Shown in pieces: positions 1 through 14,600 of a DNA stretch of 64,000 bases. A program made the translations under genes and the position numbers. Position 1 is the first letter of the stretch, and every line of letters starts with the position of its first letter. The stretch comes from Amphiscolops sp. MND2022. Lineage: Eukaryota. The notes below the pieces were generated by a model. It ran no database searches, had not been told where the DNA came from, and saw only the letters and a list, made by a program, of their open reading frames with translations. The DNA lies in the NCBI GenBank assembly GCA_964187785.1, contig OZ076409.1:68946001-69010000 (forward strand), given 5' to 3'.

Positions 1-405
1 TTGAAAACAATGTTGAAGATTCAACTCAGAAAAGAGTGAAAAATGTTGTTATAAATGCTCCAATTTCGAGAGAAACAAAAAACCTAAGTTTCAGCATTGA
101 AATTTTATAATTATCAAAGTCTTAGACACCTCGAAAAACTAACTATTAACATTATTTTGAATTTTCTGCTCAAAATGAAAAATTCGAAAGAAAGAAAGGA
201 AGAAAAATTTTCACGCTGCCTTAAATTAATTTGGGGCGCCAAATTTTCTGAACAAGTCTTTTTTTCCTAGGGCCGAAACTGCGCCGACCCGCCTATGATA
301 TGCGGGCCACGGGCGAATAAAGCGAGCTGCGGGCCACGTCTTGCGGACCGTTTAAAAACATTTTGGGACTAAGAAAAGTAAATTGTGGTACATTAAAAGG
401 TAATT

Positions 406-1399
406 ACGGCATAGATTTACACGAAGCTCTCGACGATGCCGAAGAAGACTGAAAATTAATTTTTGCCTAATTAGGTATGCCTAAATTAGTTAATCAGTTA
501 TTATTTTTGCCTAATTAACTCTAACTTTTCCGAATACTTAAGTATTCCGAATACTTAACTATTAGTATTAGGAAAAGTTTGAGCTGAGCAAAAGTAATGT
601 AATGAAAAGCGCTTAGCGTTTGTTCGCTACAAGGGGTGGAGGAACTGATGTCATGGATTAAGATTCGGGACCAATCACCATAACTCCAGTCCATTTTGTC
701 CTCCTAAGGAATGCCGGTCCCGAGAAGGGAGAACCGTTTCTAGGGATGCTTTCTGACCTGTTCCGGTCTGTTACTGCTACTAGTCACATGAAATACGCTT
801 TTTTCTTCGTATCCACTGCGTAAATAACCTGTAAAAAGGGGCTAAGTTGCATAGAACTAAATTAAACGATCCAGATGGGAATCTAACGTAAATGACATCA
901 ACATTAACAAGGGTAGCTCTCGGATCAAGAAATCATCAAACAAATCAGTAAACACATCAAAGAAGAGTTAAAATCCAGTTTGGCGAATTGGGTCTAGGTG
1001 GCATGGCACTGGCATTCGGGTTTGGCACAACCCTGGGTCCGGATATTGCTATCACTCCGACATTCTGGTTCTGCACGAGCTGTGATGGGCACCGTTGAGA
1101 TTAGCGCATAGGCTATAGTTTTTCGGTTCCGTGGCGTTTCACGGGTCTTTTCATACGCGTTTTCTGCTTTTTCCGCCTTTTTGCTTTTTTCTACGCCTCG
1201 CGGGGTCTGCTTCGTATGTCTCTCTATGATTTTTGCGGGCTGGTACCTCGTGAAATCATGTTTGAGGGCCACGTCACTTTTGAACGAATTTTTCAGAAAA
1301 TTGTCAAAACTTCGAAAATTTTGTTAATCACAGAATGCCGTTACATAAGTTTTCAGTCTTCTTCGGCATCGTCGAGAGATTCGAATAAATCTATGTCGT
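406..1399. mobile_element. Non-autonomous TIR element (MITE-like), ~1 kb
   Basis: ~55-bp imperfect inverted repeats: 406-460 (acggcatagatttacacgaagctctcgacgatgccgaagaagactgaaaa) vs 1345-1399; no clear TSD; no coding content. Confidence 0.5.
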
Positions 1400-2639
1400 C
1401 ATCTTCTTGCATAACCTTAAATCTCCTGACTGACTGCCCCAACCGCCAGAGTTGTATTAAACTTTTGAGAAATGCAACTAGCCATGTGTATCGTTCTTAT
1501 CGCATAGCGGCAGGCCATTTCTGAGAAAAGACGGGCGGCGGGCCGCGGGCAATAGTTGCGGGATGCGGGCCAAAATGGCCCGCATTCAACTGTAGCTTAT
1601 TTTCAAAAAAGTGCTCTAAATTATTGCTAATGATTGAAATTATTCCATCACTTAAGAACGTGTTTGAAAATTTTAATGACCAGCTTTTCAAGACGTGGTT
1701 GAGTATTAGCGTTGAAATTGAATAAACTAATCAAAACTTAGTCTCAATTTCTACATCCTTTTTATATAGGCTCAGCTGGCTTATCCTCAGACAATAACTT
1801 TTTCAACCAGTTAGGTGCAAGTGAATCTCAGCTGGTATGAATTAATTTCTGTATGACGTAACCGAGGCCCCATTGCATCGAAAAGCTTGGAGAATGAGGG
1901 GATTAGCCATTGAAATAAGAAATGAACATAATGAGGCATTAGCAATTCAACCAGTCTAATTTACATTTCTATTTCAAGTTGTTGATTGACATTAACAAGG
2001 AAAATAGCAAATAATTGATTACTTTACTTTCTTTTCACAATTCAGTGCTTTTTCGACGAAAATAGGCTTGAAAACCCTGTTCCCTGATGAACTTTCTCAG
2101 TTCTAAAATTTGTGACGAAAGTTGAACGAAAAAAAAACAATTTTTGGACAGTTGCTTCTCGATTTATTTAGAACCAAAATTGCAACCAAAGTATTTGAGG
2201 TCGAATTATTTAGAATGGGACAATTCAGGGCCCCAAACTATTAAACCGGTACAGTATCGAAAATGATAACTTTAAAATGAATTCAAGAGCAAAAATTAGT
2301 TGGAAGCCTATAGGGTTTTCCCTTCCGTGGCACTTCGCACACGTCCAAGTGCAGCTTCGTCAGAACCTGCCACTGGTCAAGTAGTGGCATATAAAAAACA
2401 ACTTGATCAGAATAAACAAGCCGGGAACGGCCGAAGTCGGCGCACCGCTCAATGTTCAAAAACAACAAGTGTTTAAAATATTCAGGGGCTACCTATTACT
2501 CAGCCAAAAATACCGGAAAGGATACCCATAAGACTCAAAGACCGCTTTTCTTCTAACTGGAAAAATCAGAAAACCCAATAAATTTCGAAAAAATTTCCAA
2601 AAATCTCACAATGTCGAAAGAGTGTCAGAACGTGTCGAC

Positions 2640-2939
2640 GTCTCTGAATTTAGGACGTCTTGATTGTTCCCTTCCTCACTGTTCGACATTTTCTCAGTAA
2701 GGGCTTTCACTATACTGGTTAACTCTCCAATTCATATCTAGGAATCTTTGCTCTATTCTGAGCCTCTCATGATCTCTCTCCAGAGATCTCATCGTTTCTC
2801 CATCATTTTCGTTAAAATAACTCTCTTCATAATGGTCAGAAACGCTAACATTATCATCATCATCATCATCAGTCAATCTATCAGCTTCTGACTGTTCGAT
2901 TCGGTTCTCTCTATGAACTTGTGACCTAGTATTTACCAT
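2640..2939 (-). pseudogene. Gypsy gag N-terminus / LTR remnant (MVNTRSQ...)
   Basis: Short acidic/coiled-coil ORF starting MVNTRSQ, similar in style to the LTR-encoded Gag N-termini elsewhere in this window; frameshifted and truncated. Confidence 0.4.
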
Positions 2940-4236
2940 TTTAGAAGAAGAGATTAGTTTTAGTATGGGTTGAATTGAGTTTTGAATCTAGAACTGTAAT
3001 TTTACTAAATTGGAAGCTAAGCAAGAATTGTATGTCGAATTTAAGCAGTTACGTCTGTATATCATGGTAGCAAAAAATCAACTGGTCGATTTCTATTTCG
3101 TTCTAGCACCTTCATGAACTTCAGTCATGCGTTAATAACGCTTAATTGAGTGCGTCTACTTTTTTGGTTTTACTGGTTAAGCCAGCAATTACCACTTCAA
3201 GGTGCGTTAGACGACTGGTTACTTCGGTCGTCACTAATCTTCACCGCAGCATTTTCGCACCTGTTAACACGTTACTAAATTTCTCACTCTTTAGCTCCGA
3301 CTAATTCACAATTAAAAGTGGTGAATATGGCTACAAAACTTTTACATATTATAAATCAATGCACTTATTGTTGACGATGACTAAGTCTTTTGGTTGTTAA
3401 TGTTGCTCGACGCACTATACATTGAAGGTTACTACTACTAAATAAAAAAGTATTCGATGGTTATTTCTGATAAATGGGAAGTGATTCTCACGAATTCTAA
3501 TCCATGCTCTGTTTAATCATGTAAAATATTTTGGACTGCATGCAAAGTTTTAGGTAAAATGACGACTGGATAGGCCTGTCGGTCTTTTCGTTAAAAATAG
3601 TTTCTAAATTGCCAGTTTGTGTTGATCTGCAATTAAAGTCTTTGACGACTGGAATGCGTCGTTGTTGAAATCCATCATGCCGTCCGGCATGACAAGGAGC
3701 TTTAAGCTCGTAAAACGCCTTTTCAAGCCAAGAACTTTTCAAAAACAAAAGAGTACCTGTTGACCAGAATCCTAGGTCTTTTCCACAGGTATTGGGAAAA
3801 CACTGATCAGTCTCACAGGATCACAAATTATGCCAAGATGCACCTTCAAAAGAAAAGAAGAAAAAACTTTTTGGTTCAGTTCGCTAGGCCAAATGGTTCA
3901 ATTTGACACAATAGAATTTCGTCAATTTTTTAGGATCTATTTTAGTCAGTTCGTGTGGATTGAAAAAAAACACTTATATATTCACCGCCAAAGTTTTAGC
4001 AACAAGGTATGGTTGAAAAGTAAATTTTTTCCCAAAAACGAAGGCCGACAAAGAAACATCGACAATTTCAAAGGTTTGACGATAACGATCGAGTCTCAAA
4101 TTTTATTTATCATAGAGTTACAGTCGCTGGGGTATTCTATCATCACAATGCTTCACAGCTAGTTGTTTTGGACTATCCCATACGTTATCGACTTATATAG
4201 AACTCATACATCTCCTTAAAATCATATCTCATTGAT

Positions 4237-7200
4237 TGTTACGACTTGTACATGGGTCGTTTTTTCGAACAGGGTTTATCTTTACTGATCTAGTTGGAGT
4301 GTATAAATTTCTAGAAGCGGCGTCTATAGCATTTTCTTCACTTTCTTCTCTCACGTTCTCTCCTTTTTTAGATTTCAACAGCTTCAACAGTTCGTTTTGG
4401 GACTCTCTCAACAGTCCTTTGATTTCCAACGTTGTTTCCTCTTTTAAAGACGCTCTCAAACTGTCCAAAACGCTTTTTTTCGACTCTGGACGACTTAGTA
4501 CGGGAAGAACCCGCGATCATCAATTTGGACAGGTAGCTATTATAAGATAACTATGATGACTAAATATAAAAACACATGTTTAAAAATACTCTCGAAATAC
4601 AAAAACACATTCACTGTGCTTCAGTGCAGTTATAGATTGTCACTTTTTAATTGTGAGGCATAAAAACACCTTCAAATTAGAATACATGCATAAAACCAGC
4701 CTTAATTTCCATCTAAATCTTTTAAACTCCCTTTAACAAGACCTAGACATGTGATCAAAATTAAATTGAATGTTTCCTAATCATTGACGTGATCGTAGCA
4801 AAATTTTCAACTAGTTTTCACTTAAGTTGCCTTTTCGAAATAACATTTTCATAAAGTTATTATTAGCTACTTTCAAACACTTGTCACGTCATGTTCACGA
4901 GTTTTATTGACAATCTTGGCAGTTTGACAAGTTCGACGAGATGCTGACAAGTAATTTGGAATGACATTCAGCCGTATTAGTGAAGTAACGCTGACGTCAC
5001 AGTCATATTGGTTACAGTGGTCACAATTGTTTACACAACAACATGTATTCGTCTCATATCACTTTAACTGCTTTTCAGAGAGCAATTAAGTTTCGTTTTC
5101 TAAGAAAGGCGTTATCATTTCATTTTACATCTCAAATGTACTTCCTGTTTTAGATCTGTATGTGTTCTTAATGCAAAATTTGAAGATGAATATGTCCAAA
5201 ATTTCTTTTACAATGACCTATGGTTGGTTCCGATTAGAAGACTGGTTTCAATTTAGCTTTCAGATTGAGAATGTCTAAATTTTTGGCGTGACTTAAACGT
5301 CTTGGTGGAAATGTGTGAAATCATTTCAATCTATTCAATATTAGTGCTCATTTTCATTGTTAGGTTTTCGTTGAGTGTTCTCAATAAGTCGCAGTTTACT
5401 TGTTAAAGTTTATGTTTAATAGTTTAAGTACCAGTTCAGGAATCATGTTGCAAATCTCTGTCCTCTCTCAAACCCGATTTTCGAGCAACCACAAGCCAGA
5501 CTGGGCGCGGACTGTGACAGGGCCACTGTCATGTAGCGGAACACTCTTCTGTGTAGCGAAATTAGTAATGGAACATGAGTTTCTTGCACATTGACGTATG
5601 CTGCTCATTCCGTTGGGCTCTGGGTTATTCTGGGCTCCCCTATGTCGTTTACATGTTGGATTACATCAGGCCCAATTTTTATTAGTGAACCAGGAGGGGT
5701 GATAAAAATTTGTTCCGAGTCTTCTTGAGCCACCTGTTCCAAGTAGTTTGCAATCGCGCAGCTGGATTTCGATTGTGTTTCTTGTGTGCGGTGACTTTGA
5801 CATTGAAAACGTCTGATCCTTGGGAAAAGGTAGGGCTTTCAGGGCTATCTGGCATTTCTTCTCCGCTCTGTGTGTTTAAAAGTAAGCTCGGATGGGTGTT
5901 ATTTTCAGTATTGCCGGCTTAAATTTCTGAGACTAGCTCCTTTTTCTGACAGTTGGATTCAAGCTACTCCTGGGATAGATCAGAGTAGCTCTCCTTCCCT
6001 GAAGCCCTTCTCAACCAAAGCAACGAAAAATTTGAAAGCTCTATTTTCACCCTGTAAATTGGTTGCACATACTTTGGAAGGGATGTCGAGACTCTTTCTT
6101 GTATCTCTTCGTATTCACTTGCTGAGGACAAATCAATCAATTCGTAGACTGTATTTACATCGCTCAAAATGTTCCTGTAATTTTCGGTGCTTGTTTTTTA
6201 GCTGCTGATTAGTACTCTTGAAAATTCCACAATAACTTTAAAATCGGTTAGGTTTACTGGGTTAAATCCTTTTTTTGATTGGTTATAATTCTTTTCAATA
6301 CTTTTTAGTCCTTGGTGTTGGCGATTTGCCAACGTCACGTTTTTATTTTTTGTGAAAATAAATTAGTTCGCTCAGCCATAAAAGTCAACGTTTTGCTGAC
6401 GTCAAATCTGTTTCAACAATTTGCTAACCTCAATTTTGTTTGTCACCGTTTTGATGACGTCAGATTATTTATCAGCGTTTTGTTGATTTTTTTTCTTCTC
6501 TTCAAATTTACTATCAACATCGTAAAGTCGTCGGACCATTATTGGGCTGTTTCAACCCTGTCCTTGTTTTTCCAGATTCTCTGCTGTTTTAAATGCGTCT
6601 TGAACGTCTTCTCTTCTGCATTGACTCTAGAGCACGGGGTGGGAATGAGACCCAATTCCTTTTTACAGAGGGAGACGTTCGTCAGTATGACGCCGATGAC
6701 ATCCGTCGATCGCAACTGGTAAGTTTCTCATTTCCCAATCCTTTAAACATTTTTGGAAAATAATTTGACAGAGAAGATTTTCTGTTTCTTGTATTTCCAA
6801 AGCTTAGATTTTCTGACGCGTCAATACGTGAGTTTTGCTTTGATGCTACTTCCGAAGTGTTCTTCTCTGGTCGGAGCCTCTGTCCCTTCCGTTGCAGCTT
6901 CCCTTCCTGCAGATCTTTCTGGTATTGCAATTGAGTCTCTTGGAGTTCCTGCTGGGCTTGTCGATGACGCTGCGGGTACTGCCCCTGTTTGTGTTGTTCT
7001 TGGCTCTCCTGCTTCTTGTTCAGAGGAAATAGATGCCACCCTAGCCGCCATTGCCAAGGGTCTCACCTCTACGTTTGTTGTGGATGCTCACCGAGGTGAG
7101 GAGCTTCACCCTGATCAATCAGTGAAAGAAGGTACTAGTCAACCTTGCAGTTTAACGGCCGTTGCGGACGGTCAGATAACACTTTCAGCGAATTTCTCGT

Positions 7201-10200
7201 CTAATTTGCCTAAGTTTGGCCAGACAACAGGACGTCGGACTCCCTCCCCCGTCGTCAAGGTGGTAAGTATGTCTTTCAAACGATTTGAGTCTTTCTTCCT
7301 TGTTTTCTGATCATGGCCTTGCATCCTTTGTTTTGGCGTACGGCTTTGTCTAAAGGTAGTGATTGTCGTATGGTTCTGATAATTCTTGTTGTGGCTCTTG
7401 AGGAAAAAAAGACTGGTGGGCAGCTTACATCAAAACAAACTGGTCTGTTGACGTCTGGCGTAGCTCTCGCAAGTGGTGTTCGATGGACGGTTGTGACAGG
7501 AGTTGTTCGTCGCGCGAGTTCTCATTTTGGGTTTCTGGTGGAGCGGTGATGTTGTTTTTGGAAGTGTGGGAGGATTGGTCGTATGTGTCTGATTTATTCC
7601 GAGGGTCTCTTCGTTAGTCTTTGTCAAATGTGTAAGAGCGTTTTTGGTTCAGTCTTGCAGTGCTCGTTGATGGTCATGTATTGGTCGTCAAACTCAGCAA
7701 TCCATTCGTGGTATTCTTTGGGTTCTGGCATTGTATCGCTTTATAGCTGCGACTTTGTCCTCTCTGCCAATCCTCTGTTGGTACTTTGTTAAAAAAGGTA
7801 GTTGAAGTTTGAGTGTATTCTGTGTGGGGATGGTATTCTATTGAGTAAGCCCTCGCGTCTACTGTTTCCCTGAAACTCAGGTGCGACGTTTCAAGGTTTT
7901 TGATTAATCAGTTGGGACTGATGTTGTCGATTTGGCGTTGTTTTCTGGTTGGCGCTTCATTTGAAGGGTGAGCTTCGGTCTAGCATCGTTGGCTGTGTTG
8001 GCTCCGTTCCAACAATCTTCCGTTTGTTGAGTTTGCCGCACGTGTTGCATTTTGACCTGTTGCCAGCGTCGTTGTTATTGGGTCGATTGTGTCGCCTGGT
8101 TTGTTGCGACTTGTCTCTTTTCATTTTCCAACATTCTGCTTTGAAGTATCCAAACTTGTTTCAGTAGAAGCAGTAGCCCCTTTTGAAATCTTTACTTCTA
8201 TCTTCTGCGGGTTTTTGTTCCTTTAGGCCTGGGATTGTTCTATTCTAATCAGTGGGACGAGGGTGACTTCGTCAGAAGCACATTGCCCATTAAGTGTCAT
8301 TTTCCGTTACAGATGGAGTACTATGTCGTTGTAGGTTTTATCTTCTAAGTAGGCTCTATTTAATATCTTTTGGACGTACTCCGACATCTTGGCATAGATC
8401 GCCTTGTCTATGAACTGTTGGGTTCCTCCTCCAAGGGCCTCTTTTGTATTTTTTTGGAGTGTATCCAGGAATTAATCCAATTTCTGCGCTGTGGGGTCGC
8501 ATTTGAGTGCATCCCAGTCACATCGTGCCTTTGCCATCGATGAGTAGTATTCTAAATGGCGTTTGGAAACCGTCAGTATTTCTCTAAGGGAATGTTTTTT
8601 AAGTGTCTTCCAGATTTCGAAATGCTTGTAGAGCATTTCTGCGGAGTAGAGATTGGAAAAAGCTAATTTTTTCGACTTCCGTAAGATGTGTGTCTTCAAA
8701 CAAATAAATGTTTTTGGGTTTTTCGTCAAATGTTGGAAGCGAAGCTGTTTGTGCCTTTGGCATGGTCAGCGTAGTGTTGTCAACCTTAGCCGGCGCGAAG
8801 TGTGTCCGAGCGACTATGTGACGTTCTTTGGACGCTGGTGGCCTTTGGGATTTTATTTTCGTTATTTTTACTGATTTGTGATTTCGTTCAAAAATTCTGT
8901 CACCATGTTAAGACTTTTACGTGGCTCGTTGTTCAAAACAGAGTTGATCTTCACCGATCTTATTGGAGTGTAAAAACTTCTAGAAACGTTTTGTAGAAAC
9001 AGCCTTTTCACTTTCTTCACTTACGTTCTGTGCTCTTCAAGAGACGCTCTCAAACTCTCTAAGACGTTATTTTCGTCTCTGGGCGACTTAGCACGAAAAG
9101 GAGCCGCGTTCATCGCTTCTTGCTCGGCTAATTCCTCGTTTTCAACCAAGATCGGTGACACTAGATTTTCACCTACATTTACGGCGCTCTTTTGAAGATT
9201 GGTTTTTCTCGAGAATATTTTTCAAGACAAGTTTGAGTTGAAGTTCTTTGAAACTGTCGTTTTCAAAACGCAAAGTGAACTCAGTATCGAATCGCAGGTT
9301 AAATAAATCATTTCACAGAAATTAGGATATGTATACCTTCCCAGCGTCATTTGATAACGATTGTTTATTCAAATTTTTCCTCGTACAATTAGTTATTTCC
9401 TGTGTTATCAAGTCAAATAACACTTGCATTCCTAAATTCACATCGACTTTTCGTCTAGGTTTGAACACATGATTTTTAATTCGATATTAGTCATCACACA
9501 TGATCACATCATTTCATTTCTGTGTCCTTTTTATTTCCTACCAAGCGGGAAGTAGATTTTACTTCATCCTGTAAAACCAATTTTAGACAAGTTTGAATTC
9601 AAGTTTTGTTGTTCAAAGCTGTCGTTTTCAAAACGCAAATTGAACTCAGTATTGAATCGCAGATTAAATAATTCAGTTTACCGAACTTAAGAAATCATCC
9701 TGTCAAACCGGAAACGTTTCCTGCCAGTTTTACTGCTTTGGTTCGCGGGAACTGAACAACTAATGTCTTATTTTGAATACAAATGTGAAAAATGTTATGA
9801 TTAATTCTCAAAATGACTATTTGAATGATCCTAGGAGAAACGCGAAAGCTGAATGGCGTGATGAAGGTTCAAATGCTTTTCTCAAATAAATCTCTTGCTT
9901 AACTGAAAGCAACAATTAGCGTCAAATCATCGTTGACATTTTACAAAAATTTAACTAATTGTATAAAAAACATTACCCTTCTGAAAACAACATCAATATT
10001 GCGCAACATCATAATGACAGGTGGTAATAATCTAAACGCTCAAATGATTTGCAAATAACGAACAACATTTCTTTATCAACAAAACATCATAACTGGTTAT
10101 TTCAAGGTGTCTGGCAATTAGGACTAAATTGAATGACGACGTGACAACCTCAATTAGGACAGGTAGCATTATAAGATAACCATGATGACTAAATATGAAA

Positions 10201-11600
10201 ACATATTCAATAAATTACTCTCGATATGCAAAAATACGTTCACTGTGCTTCATTGCAGTTATAGGTTGCGACGTTTTAATTGTGAACTATAAGAACACCT
10301 TCAAATTAGATTACATGCATAAAACCAGCCTCATTTTTCATCTATAACCTTTTAACTCCCTTTAACGTGACCTAGACATATGATCATACTTCCATTGGAT
10401 GTTTCCCAATCATTGACGTGATCATAACATGATTTTAAACTAGTTTCCATTTAAGTTTAGTTTCTATGTCGAAATAACATTTTCATAAATTTAATATTAG
10501 CTACTTTCAAAAACTTGTCACGTCATGTTCACTAGTTGTATTGGCAAGCTTGGCAGTTTGACAAGTCTGACGAGATGCTGACGAAGAATTTGGTAAGAAA
10601 TTCAGCTATCTACTGTATTAGTGGTGTAACGCTGATGTCACAATCATAGTGATATTGACTACAGCGGTCACAATTGTTCACACAACAACATGTATTCGTC
10701 TTATTTCACTTTAGTAGCTTTTCAGACATGAATTAAGTTGCCTTTTTAAAATCTCAAATGTAGTTTCTGTGTTAGATCTGTATGTGTGCTTAATCTAAAG
10801 ATGATTATGTCCATAATTTCATTTATATTAACCTATGGTTTCGATTAGAAGACTAGTTTCAATTTAGCTTTCAGGTTGAGAATCTTTACATTGTTTTGGC
10901 GTGACATAAGCGTCGCGGCGGAATTGTGTGAAATCATTTCAATCTATTCAATGTTGGTGTTCATTGTCTTTTTAGATTTTAGTTGAGCGTTCTCCCTAAC
11001 CTCGTTAGCGATTTCGTCCTCAAATGAGGACAGCGATTTTTTTCACAATCAATAAAAAATTACAAAACACAAAAAGCATATAGGAAAACAAAAGGCTGTC
11101 TTTCTTATCAACAATCTAATGGACTATTTGTTGCGAGTGGTTATTTGAGTCAATGTAGTTTGTTTTACGAACCACCGGCAAATAAATAACTGGAAAAATG
11201 AAAGTTTGCAAAAAAATAATTTTCAGAAAAATAGCCTCTTTTCAATAATACAGTAAATGTTGGCTAAGTTACTGTGACACTCTAGTAACAGTGTGCCACT
11301 ATTGAAAACGCATATAGAAGTTTTTTCAATGACGCTCAAGGTAAGGGTTCACCCCAATATATGGCTCCAACTCCCAGCCTTACTAGTGTGCATTTGAAAG
11401 CTCAGGTAAAGGGCTTTCAGGAGTAGAAAAATTTTGCGACTTCTCGGTGTGCTGACGACCCTAAATCACAGTTTATTTGTTAAAGTTTAGGTTTAATAGT
11501 TAAAGTACAATTTCGGGAATCTTGATGCACATCCATGTCCTCTCCCAATCCCTCCCGATTCTTGAGCAACCACAAGCCAGTCCGGGCGCGGACTGTGACA
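4237..11600 (-). mobile_element. Element C: old, decayed Ty3/Gypsy LTR retrotransposon (no RT/IN visible)
   Basis: Diverged direct repeats 4237-5519 and 8906-11600 (tgtta... to ...ggcgcggactgtgaca; the right copy has extra internal sequence). PBS TGGTGACAG on - strand at 8897-8905. Decayed gag between them. Right flank CTCAT matches the left flank once a 4-bp attg slippage is removed. No PPT seen. Confidence 0.65.
7950..8905 (-). pseudogene. gag: Decayed gag of element C
   Basis: Fragments FFQSLLR..ALQ, AKARCDWDALKCDP, FIDKAIYAKM and a broken CCHC knuckle are colinear with the Gags of A and B; many stops and frameshifts. Confidence 0.7.
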
Positions 11601-14600
11601 CTCATAATCAGTGTTCATGATAACTAAGTCAAAGCTAAAAAATATAAATGAAAATGCTGATCGGATCGGTTTCATTTGATTCATTGACTCATTTCATTAG
11701 TCGGGAAAATTCAGCACAATAAGACTTACTGATCCAAAGAACGTTTCAATCTAAATGAAGCAGTCTATAAAAATTAGCAATGCCAGTAATCGATTAAGTC
11801 TATGAAAACTCTCAAGAAAAAGACTGAAACATATTGTATAAATTTGTTGGCCCCAAAACTGGGAAACGCAAACAGCCAAACAATTTCAAAAAGATGCGAC
11901 AGATTTTTACAACTTTAATTTTTAACACGAAATCTTGAGAAAATAGAGCACTTAAGATTCTTTCTATGCATGCTTGAAAACATGGCGACTTTTATTTGCA
12001 ACCCTTTTCAGAAGAACCAATGCTTCAGAAATTATTTGAATTGACATTTTTCAAAGCATATGCTATCCAAGAAAACACAAAACATCGCTGAGAAGTAGAT
12101 GATTAGTTCTCCTGGAAGAATGCAAAAAATCTCCAGCAGAGAAAAGGGTTAATGCAGGATCAAGTGATAGCACAGAAGTAACAAGTTCTGAAAATGGAAC
12201 AGAATGAAAACAGCTACGAAACCTATATATAGGTTTCGTAGCTGTTTTCATTCTGTTCCATTTTCAGAACTTGTTACTGAAATATATTAACATTTCATTT
12301 TGGTCATGGCCTGTTTTGTTGCTTCGAATCCAGAGGTAACACCTTGAACTGAAAAAGTTTCTTCTATCGCACAGAACTGGAAACCTCGAAGGGAGAAGTG
12401 TTTGTTTTCTTTTGAACCATGCCGAGATCAAAGCCAATTTTCGCCATTTGTTGTACCAGCATACAACAAAGACCATCATTCGTCGAATACGTTTTCACTG
12501 GTGGCCTTCGGTGGTTCATGTGTGCGTGCTCATCAGTGGAGAAAACTTTCATTTAAATTTCCAAGCTACAATTTTTAGCTGCAAACCACGACACCTAAAT
12601 TGTTGAATCCACAATATTTTTATGAGATACTTTAATGAACCGGTAGCTTTTGGAGATACTTAAATGCACCGCGTAACTTGAAGCCGCTATTCAGGCATTG
12701 TTGAATTCAACAATTTAGCAACAACAAAAATACTAAAATTTGGCGAAGTTGACAACCATTTGGAAGCGATTTGAAACAAAGACAACTCAATTCAATAAAT
12801 AGATGCGAAGTGTAGATTTGAAGTCAATCTTGAGAAAAGTAGCAAACTTTCGGAAGCTAATCAAAAGTTTAGTCAACTAAATCCTAATTTCGATGAAATG
12901 AGAATCACGTCAAATATTGGACAATGAGAACGAAAGTAGCTGTAGTCGTTCCAAAATGGCGTAATCGTCACAGTTCAGGTTCACTGTCTCGCATGCCACT
13001 GAAATTGGACATTCTCAGTCATTTATTAATTCAAATTTGAATTCAATTCATTTCAAGTGCATCGTATTCTTTCATTTTCATTAAGACTAGACATAAAATC
13101 AGACTGATAAATAACTATTGCAATATTATTCATACTGAAAAATAAGTTATTTTTACGGCGTTCGGTTCTAAAAAAATTATTGCAAATTTCGCAAAAATTT
13201 TTAAATATTAAAATATTGTTTCGAAGATTGAACTCAACTTCAATTTAAACTTATCATGAATCAACAATTTTACGTGACAAAACTTTATCAACAGTTTCTG
13301 GGCTACAAAGATTTCGATTTTTTTTCGAAAAATTTTACAAATGCACTGGAGTAAGAATTTGCCGATTGTCATGCCAGCATGATGGAAATGTAATCTACTA
13401 AATATCTGTAATGTAAATATTATGTCTTATGTACTTAGATATGGGCAATATGATGTCATATAATAAGGGCCATGGTTGTGAGCAACCCTACGTTACTTGT
13501 ACTTTAATCCCTTCCCCCTTTGAGAAAAATTTTGCGACTTCTCGGTGTGCTGACGACGCTAAATCACAGTTTATTTGTTAAAGTTTAGGTTTAATAGTTA
13601 AAGTACCATTTCGGGAATCTTGATGCACATCCATGTCCTCTCCCAATCCCTCCCGATTCTTGAGCAACCACAAGCCAGTCCGGGCGCGGACTGTGACACT
13701 CATAATCAGTGTTCATGATAACTAAGTCAAAGCTAAAAAATATAAATGAAAATGCTGATCGGATCGGTTTCAGTTGATTCATTGACTCATTTCATTAGTC
13801 GGGAAAATTCAGCACAATAAGACTTACTGATCCAAAGAACGTTTCAATCTAAATGAAGCAGTCTATAAAAATTAGCAATGCCAGTAATCGATTAAGTCTA
13901 TGAAAACTCTCAAGAAAAAGACTGAAACATATTGTATAAATTTGTTGGCCCCAAAACTGGGAAACGCAAACAGCCAAACAATTTCAAAAAGATGCGACAG
14001 ATTTTTACAACTTTAATTTTTAACACGAAATCTTGAGAAAATAGAGCACTTAAGATTCTTTCTATGCATGCTTGAAAACATGGCGACTTTTATTTGCAAC
14101 CCTTTTCAGAAGAACCAATGCTTCAGAAATTATTTGAATTGACATTTTTCAAAGCATATGCTATCCACGAAAACACAAAACATCGCTGAGAAGTAGATGA
14201 TTAGTTCTCCTGGAAGAATGCAAAAAATCTCCAGCAGAGAAAAGGGTTAATGCAGGATCAAGTGATAGCACAGAAGTAACAAGTTCTGAAAATGGAACAG
14301 AATGAAAACAGCTACGAAACCTATATATAGGTTTCGTAGCTGTTTTCATTCTGTTCCATTTTCAGAACTTGTTACTGAAATATATTAACATTTCATTTTG
14401 GTCATGGCCTGTTTTGTTGCTTCGAATCCAGAGGTAACACCTTGAACTGAAAAAGTTTCTTCTATCGCACAGAACTGGAAACCTCGAAGGGAGAAGTGTT
14501 TGATTTCTTTTTGAACCATGCCGAGATCAAAGCCAATTTTCGCCATTTGTTGTACCAGCATACAACAAAGACCATCATTCGTCGAATACGTTTTCACTGG

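Noticed and set aside
6753..7310. 185-aa + strand ORF
   Set aside because: Antisense shadow of low-complexity decayed coding sequence of element C
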